This document shows, piece by piece, positions 49,947 to 54,758 of a stretch of DNA of 54,758 bases (positions within the stretch are counted from its first letter, which is position 1; the number at the start of each line of letters is the position of its first letter). Below the pieces are notes generated by a model, which saw only the letters and a list, made by a program, of their open reading frames with translations, had not been told where the DNA came from and did no database searches. Origin of the DNA: an uncultured Bdellovibrionales bacterium. Lineage in GTDB: Bacteria; Patescibacteriota; Minisyncoccia; Moranbacterales; UBA1568. The DNA lies in the NCBI GenBank assembly GCA_964385515.1, contig CAYLPD010000002.1, positions 1 to 54,758 on the forward strand. The letters are read 5' to 3'. A program made the position numbers and the translations under genes.

Positions 49947-51194
49947 TTAGGCTTTCTTATAGACAGGAAATTGCCGGCAGAGTTGTCTCACCGCCAGGCG
50001 AATCTGGCCGAGTACTCGAGCATCACCTTTCGAGCGAAGCGCGGCATCAATCCAGCGAGCAATCTGCCGCACCTCTTTCTCTCTCATGCCACGAGTCGTC
50101 AGCGCTGGCACACCGATGCGGAGACCCGAGGGATCAATAGGCCCACGTGGGTCATCAGGGATAACATTTTTATTCACTGTGATACCCGCTGCATCAAGGA
50201 GTTGCTGCCCGGCCTTGCCCGGTACGCCATGACTCGCAACTGTATCGACCAGCACCATATGATTCTCTGTTCCGCCAAAAAGGATCTTGAAGCCGCACTT
50301 TTCGAGTTCTTGCTCCAACGCCCGCGCGTTCTTCAAAATCTGCTTTCCATACTGACGGAACCCGGGTTGCAGCGCTTCACCAAATGCAACCGCTTTCGCC
50401 GCAACCACATTCATATGCGGTCCACCCTGAAGACCAGGAAATACCGCTTTATCGATTTGCTGAGCAAGAGCGGACCGACAGAGTATCAGTCCTCCCCGTG
50501 GTCCTCGGAGTGTCTTGTGCGTCGTTGCAGTTACTACATCAAAGTAGGGCACTGGACTCGGGACAACTCGAGCGGCCACAAGACCGGCAATATGTGCCAT
50601 GTCCATCATAGAGTAGGCTTTCACTTTCTTCGCAATGCGTTGAAACTCGGCGTAGTCGAGCTGGCGAGTGTATGAGGAAAAACCAGCGAGAATAAGTTTT
50701 GGTTTTTCCTTCCGGGCAAGTGCCTCAAGTTTCTTGTAGTCAATCGTCCCGTCAGACTCTGTCTTGTAGCGGACAAAACGATAAATTTTCGGCATAAAGG
50801 TCACCGGATGTCCATGCGTGAGATGTCCGCCATGCGACAAATCCATCCCGAGGATGGTATCACCGGGCTCGAGCAGAGCCGAATACACCGCGATATTGGC
50901 TGGTGCTCCGGACAGCGGTTGGACATTGGCATGTTCCGCACCGAAAAGTTTTTTCGCACGCAAGGCCGCAAGCATCTCAACCTGGTCCGTCCACTCCTGT
51001 CCACCGTAATAACGCCGACCCGGATAACCTTCGGAGTACTTGTTCGTGAAGACTGTCCCCAGTGTTTCAAGCACGGCTTTTGACACATAATTTTCGGACG
51101 CGATCATTTCGAGGCCATCTTCCTCGCGCTGTTCCTCACCCATAACAGCATCATAAATCGCTTGATCAGCTTTTTTCAGGATAGTGTGTCGCAT
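49947..51194 (-). CDS. glyA: Serine hydroxymethyltransferase
   Basis: LEMIASENY, and the PLP site TATTHKTLRGPRGG. ATG 51194 (MRHTILK...) gives the usual spacing to IASEN. Track start 51224 is an alternative. Confidence 0.95.
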   Translation of the reverse strand: MRHTILKKADQAIYDAVMGEEQREEDGLEMIASENYVSKAVLETLGTVFTNKYSEGYPGRRYYGGQEWTDQVEMLAALRAKKLFGAEHANVQPLSGAPANIAVYSALLEPGDTILGMDLSHGGHLTHGHPVTFMPKIYRFVRYKTESDGTIDYKKLEALARKEKPKLILAGFSSYTRQLDYAEFQRIAKKVKAYSMMDMAHIAGLVAARVVPSPVPYFDVVTATTHKTLRGPRGGLILCRSALAQQIDKAVFPGLQGGPHMNVVAAKAVAFGEALQPGFRQYGKQILKNARALEQELEKCGFKILFGGTENHMVLVDTVASHGVPGKAGQQLLDAAGITVNKNVIPDDPRGPIDPSGLRIGVPALTTRGMREKEVRQIARWIDAALRSKGDARVLGQIRLAVRQLCRQFPVYKKA

Positions 51195-51258
51195 AGAAGT
51201 GCCGTCAAAAATAGCAAAGCACATCCATCATACCAAGAAATCTACTCTTCCTACACTC

Positions 51259-51288
51259 TTGACATAAAACTGATAAAGGTGTTATTGT
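51259..51288 (+). promoter_or_regulatory. Candidate sigma70-type promoter for the plus-strand two-gene cassette
   Basis: TTGACA (51259-51264), an 18-nt spacer, then TATTGT (51283-51288). The downstream gene has AGGAG 7 nt before its ATG. Confidence 0.45.
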
Positions 51289-51356
51289 ATTTTTCCCAGA
51301 GGATACAAATCTGGGTTTTCGTACTTAAACAACTTGCTTCAGAATAGGAGTATATT

Positions 51357-51731
51357 ATGGATTGGTCTTCATTAGGACTCCCGTTGTTTACTTTGTTCGT
51401 TTTCATTCTTTTTCCACTCACGGCCGGAGCCATATTCGCCGGTGCATTGACAGAGTCAGAATCAGGTTCATTGGACCTCCGCGTACCTTGCCTGATCGCA
51501 AGCGGGGTACTCATAATCAGCATTGGGGCTTCCGGTCTTGTGTTCGGAGCTGAATCCGTTAAGGGAATCTGGTGGTGTGTGCGTACAATACTCCACTTCG
51601 CAGGAGGTGTCGCTTTTCACATCATCTACTTTGTATGGAAAGAGTCCGAGAGCATCAAGCACCAGCATGGAACGTGCAACCAAAGTGATCAACACGCACA
51701 AATGACTGACAAACAACCACCCATTACCTGA
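51357..51731 (+). CDS. Hypothetical small membrane protein
   Basis: 124 aa with about four hydrophobic helices and a polar His/Gln-rich tail. AGGAG lies 7 nt upstream. Confidence 0.55.
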   Translation: MDWSSLGLPLFTLFVFILFPLTAGAIFAGALTESESGSLDLRVPCLIASGVLIISIGASGLVFGAESVKGIWWCVRTILHFAGGVAFHIIYFVWKESESIKHQHGTCNQSDQHAQMTDKQPPIT

Positions 51732-51766
51732 GGGATCAATCCGGAGAAAGAGGAAGGAGAAAGAAA

Positions 51767-52030
51767 ATGAATGAATGGATATTCGTCACTGCCACACTCA
51801 CTTTCATGTGGTTCTGCGGTCGGAAGATTCAACAGATCCCCCGGACAATGAACCTATACTGGCTCTTCCCAGTACTCGCCTGGTGTATCATCACGGGAAT
51901 CATCACTTTGTATTTAGGTATTTTCCTTTCCACTCCCGCGTTTCTCTCCGCTATCATCGGCGGACCAGTCGCATTCGGCACCGGTCTCTTTTATCCGCTG
52001 ATCTGGAAAACTCGACACTTACGACGATAG
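51767..52030 (+). CDS. Hypothetical small membrane protein
   Basis: 87 aa with three hydrophobic helices. GGAAGGAG lies upstream and a terminator follows. Confidence 0.55.
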   Translation: MNEWIFVTATLTFMWFCGRKIQQIPRTMNLYWLFPVLAWCIITGIITLYLGIFLSTPAFLSAIIGGPVAFGTGLFYPLIWKTRHLRR

Positions 52031-52050
52031 AGGGAGAACCGTCCGCCACA

Positions 52051-52105
52051 CCGCCCTTGGTACTTCGCGCAACAGCGCAAACGTATCCAGGGCGGTTTTC
52101 ATTTT
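52051..52105 (+). terminator. Candidate rho-independent terminator
   Basis: CCGCCCTTGG (52051-52060) pairs with CCAGGGCGG (52087-52095) with one bulge. A nested GCGCaacaGCGC hairpin sits in the loop. TTTTCATTTT follows. Confidence 0.5.
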
Positions 52106-52126
52106 CGGCAAAATTACTTCCGAGCC

Positions 52127-53020
52127 TCAAAGTGGTGAGAGTATGGTTTCCAAGAATTCTGACAGGGCTTCGGTATACGGGCGCTGCTTCGGTCGTTTCG
52201 TATTGAGGAGCACCGATAAATGCGGTCGCCGGGCCGGGCGCGGATATCCTTCGGCGGCGAGCGGAACCACTTCGATTGGGAGCCCCGCCTGCCGGAAAAG
52301 CTCACGCGCCGCCTCGAACCACGTCACTCCTCCATCGTTCGGCAGGTGATAGATGCCCGGACCGGGCGTGTCCTCGATAAGCTCTCGGGTCGCATGAGCC
52401 AGGTCTGGCGCATAGGTGAAGCAGCTTTTCTCATCGTCCACGACTTCGATCCGTGTTTCCGTTTTACTCTTGGTGAGCATCACCTCGAAGAAACTCCGCT
52501 TGCCGAGCTTGGAAACAGCCGGTTCTCCGAAAAGCTTGGAGAGGCGAATCAGATATGCCTGACCACCAGCCGCGGTGACTGCCTGTTCACCTTCGTACTT
52601 GGAATTTCCGTAGCGCGAAATTGGATTTGGCACGGCGTCCTCGGAGTAGCCATCTGGAGCTGTCCCGTCAAACACATAGTCTGTCGAATAGTGAACAAAC
52701 AAGATAGCCTGTTTCGCTGTAAAACGAGCCAGATACCCCGGCACATCGCGATTGAGGATGAGTGCCTTTCGGTACTCCTCATCATCCGTCTCACAGTTGT
52801 CGACCGCATTGTAGGCTGCGGCATTCACGATGATGTCCGGCTTGAAAGCGGTGATTTTTTCGAGCGAGGTTGACTCATCAGTCAGATCAATCTCGGCGAC
52901 GTCCCAAAGCCCGAGCTCATAGCCGGCGAGACGGAATTCCTGCCCGAGCGCCTGGCCGAGCATCCCCTTGGCCCCGAGGATCAGGATCTTTTTCCGATTT
53001 TTCGGTAGTGCTGATTCCAT
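52127..53020 (-). CDS. rmlD: dTDP-4-dehydrorhamnose reductase
   Basis: Rossmann motif ILILGAKGMLGQAL. VNAAAYNAVDNCE and STDYVFDG match the RmlD family. Length is 297 aa. Confidence 0.85.
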   Translation of the reverse strand: MESALPKNRKKILILGAKGMLGQALGQEFRLAGYELGLWDVAEIDLTDESTSLEKITAFKPDIIVNAAAYNAVDNCETDDEEYRKALILNRDVPGYLARFTAKQAILFVHYSTDYVFDGTAPDGYSEDAVPNPISRYGNSKYEGEQAVTAAGGQAYLIRLSKLFGEPAVSKLGKRSFFEVMLTKSKTETRIEVVDDEKSCFTYAPDLAHATRELIEDTPGPGIYHLPNDGGVTWFEAARELFRQAGLPIEVVPLAAEGYPRPARRPHLSVLLNTKRPKQRPYTEALSEFLETILSPL

Positions 53021-53088
53021 AACTCATTCAGTATAGCAAACGAAAAACCAGTCGCTAAAACTATGGTTGGAAACCCATAAACGGGGCT

Positions 53089-53736
53089 CTACTCTGAGAG
53101 ATCGTACACCGCCCCTTCGGTCATATCGATGTATTCGATACCAAGCGGCTCGAGCAATGCCTTCGGGATGCGCCGCGTCGGCCCGAGCTGTATCCCCTGA
53201 CGGAGCATGCCATCGTGCACCGGAAAGACCACTTTCGGACTTATGGTTTTGGCATACTCGATCGCCTCCTCCAGTCGCATCCAGGGTCCAGCAACCGGCA
53301 GAGCGAGAATTTCAACTATTTTCCCCGGGTTATGAAAGGAATCGCCGGGATAGAAAAACCGATCGTCAATGAGAAACCCCGTATTCTGGACAAGCGGCAA
53401 ATCATGATGGATGCAGGCATGTTCTGTACCGAAACTCCCGACCGGTACCCCCTTGATATCGACCGTGTCGCCATCAACTATAAGTTCATGTTGGATTCCT
53501 GCTTCGGTGAGAACTTTTCCCACACTCGCATGCGATATCACACGGACGCTTGGATTCTTGGCGAGGATGATACCGAGGCTCTCGATATGAAGATGATCAC
53601 CGTGCTCATGCGAAATGAGGATAGCATCGATATCCGTCACCATCGGCGTCTCATTGTAATTCCCCGGATCAGTGAGTATTCGCGCACCCTTCGTCTCGAT
53701 CAGGAGACAGCAATGCCCAAATTTGGTGATTTTCAT
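53089..53736 (-). CDS. MBL-fold metallo-hydrolase
   Basis: The metal-binding motif is ILISHEHGDH and downstream His/Asp residues are present. Length is 215 aa. Confidence 0.8.
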   Translation of the reverse strand: MKITKFGHCCLLIETKGARILTDPGNYNETPMVTDIDAILISHEHGDHLHIESLGIILAKNPSVRVISHASVGKVLTEAGIQHELIVDGDTVDIKGVPVGSFGTEHACIHHDLPLVQNTGFLIDDRFFYPGDSFHNPGKIVEILALPVAGPWMRLEEAIEYAKTISPKVVFPVHDGMLRQGIQLGPTRRIPKALLEPLGIEYIDMTEGAVYDLSE

Positions 53737-54071
53737 AGCTGCTTGTTATGCTTAGCCCGGATTTTTGCGACCTTGGTATCCAAAACACTCATAATATCGA
53801 TCCCCATCGCCTTGGCAAGGAGAAAAAGAACAATCATAACATCCGCAAACTCCCCCTCTAGGTCTCCAACTTTTTCTTGGGTCAGTTTTCCCTTTCGCTG
53901 ATCGCCGACTGAGGCTAGCACCGCATCGCAGAGCTCGCCGTACTCCTCGCCAAGTTTCACCGTCCGGGCGAAAATTCGCTCCCGCTCGCTGTATCCATTT
54001 GTATCCCCTCTCATTCGTGACAACAAAGTGTCCTGTTCGTCGATAAAGCGCTGGAAATCTTCGAGAGTCAT
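53733..54071 (-). CDS. MazG-like nucleotide pyrophosphohydrolase domain protein
   Basis: 112 aa, all-helical. KLGEEYGELCDAV and LEGEFADVMIVLFLLA correspond to the paired EExxE/D metal-binding helices of the MazG family. It overlaps both neighbours as ATGA. Confidence 0.65.
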   Translation of the reverse strand: MTLEDFQRFIDEQDTLLSRMRGDTNGYSERERIFARTVKLGEEYGELCDAVLASVGDQRKGKLTQEKVGDLEGEFADVMIVLFLLAKAMGIDIMSVLDTKVAKIRAKHNKQL

Positions 54072-54757
54072 ATATTTTCCCCTGGAATATTAGCTTGCAC
54101 TGCTTTCCCTGTCATCTCCACCCGCACATCCTCCAGAAACGGGAAATCATCCGGCGCCACTCGCAATCGAGCGACAGACTGTACCGGTACATGAGAAACC
54201 CATTCGTTCGTCAACTTCCCGGCATCGTCAATTGTCTGCACAAAACCATCTTTCGACAACACATGTACAACGCCATCCTTCCACGGATCCTTCTCGGATC
54301 GCGTACCATCGATCTGAAAGCGGTATGTTCTCACTCCCTGGTCGTCGGTCGAGCAACCGGACTGCACTAGGCCACGGAGCCGGCTTCGGTCCTTGATCGC
54401 ATAGAACAGGGGCAGGATGGGATCTGAAACCGCATAAACTGCTTTCTGATTGCCGGATTTCTTGGAACGATCATTGGCCTGACGCGGCTCGAGTGTGTCC
54501 ACATCCTCTTCCACGAAAGATCCGTGGAGCAGATATCCTCTTTCCAAAAGGTACTCCAAAAATTTATGCTTCGGCGACCCGCTACGGTATTCAATGTATC
54601 CGCCCGGGTTTCTTTCCATCTCAGCGAGGAGCGCATCGAACTGTTCCGATTCTGATGCCGGCAGCGGTTTCTCGAAGTTCATACTCCCTGTGCTGAAGAC
54701 TTTCCGTACTGCTCGGTGTAGTACTGCTGATATTCCCCGCTTTTCACATGCTTCCAC
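54068..54757 (-). CDS. Hypothetical protein (possibly truncated at window edge)
   Basis: The frame is open to the last base of the window and the first listed codon is GTG. An internal ATG at 54682 (MNFEKPL...) is preceded by AGGGAG. I recognise no motif. Confidence 0.55.
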   Translation of the reverse strand: MEACEKRGISAVLHRAVRKVFSTGSMNFEKPLPASESEQFDALLAEMERNPGGYIEYRSGSPKHKFLEYLLERGYLLHGSFVEEDVDTLEPRQANDRSKKSGNQKAVYAVSDPILPLFYAIKDRSRLRGLVQSGCSTDDQGVRTYRFQIDGTRSEKDPWKDGVVHVLSKDGFVQTIDDAGKLTNEWVSHVPVQSVARLRVAPDDFPFLEDVRVEMTGKAVQANIPGENI

Positions 54758-54758
54758 C

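Noticed and set aside
48989-50675. 225-aa and 261-aa plus-strand ORFs.
   Set aside because: They are antisense to the galU/rmlA and rmlA/glyA coding regions and have Arg/Ser-rich shadow-frame composition.
52220-53901. 217-aa and 228-aa plus-strand ORFs.
   Set aside because: They are antisense to the rmlD and MBL/MazG genes and are shadow frames.

Overview
Densely packed bacterial chromosomal window with about 50 protein genes and one ncRNA, mostly on the minus strand, with many overlapping or near-abutting gene junctions. I found no rRNA, tRNA, CRISPR array or intact mobile element. 1-14.6 kb is a Wzx-type surface-glycan locus: five GT-B glycosyltransferases, an AsnB-type amidotransferase, a methyltransferase, a flippase, two large GT-C-like or polytopic membrane proteins and a WbaP-type priming transferase. 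The only large ORF-free gap (14.6-15.2 kb) holds RNase P RNA (rnpB). 15-25 kb is a housekeeping run: pheT, pheS, tyrS, NUDIX, a small Met-rich ORF, secF, secD, ABC-F, NUDIX. It is followed by a class A PBP, a MacAB-like exporter with two permeases, RNase HI, an orphan ORF, recJ, an atypical receiver protein, dnaJ with a CIRCE operator, mltG, yjbQ, trxA and lepA. A long minus-strand gene string then runs glyA, rmlA, galU, membrane protein, GT4, DUF4012-like, murJ. The window ends with rmlD and an overlapping MBL / MazG-like / unknown trio. The compact layout and envelope gene set fit a small-genome, possibly monoderm, uncultivated lineage, but this is inference only. I see no clear defence island or self-contained novel system. 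The best leads are: (1) a parvulin PPIase domain, apparently circularly permuted, inserted in the periplasmic head of SecD; (2) -10 hexamers 6-9 nt upstream of ATG at five genes, suggesting leaderless mRNAs; (3) a Lys-poor orphan gene between rnhA and recJ; (4) a receiver protein lacking the phospho-acceptor Asp next to recJ; (5) the overlapping unknown-MazG-MBL trio at the right edge. All functional calls come from motifs I recognise in the translations and no database search was run.
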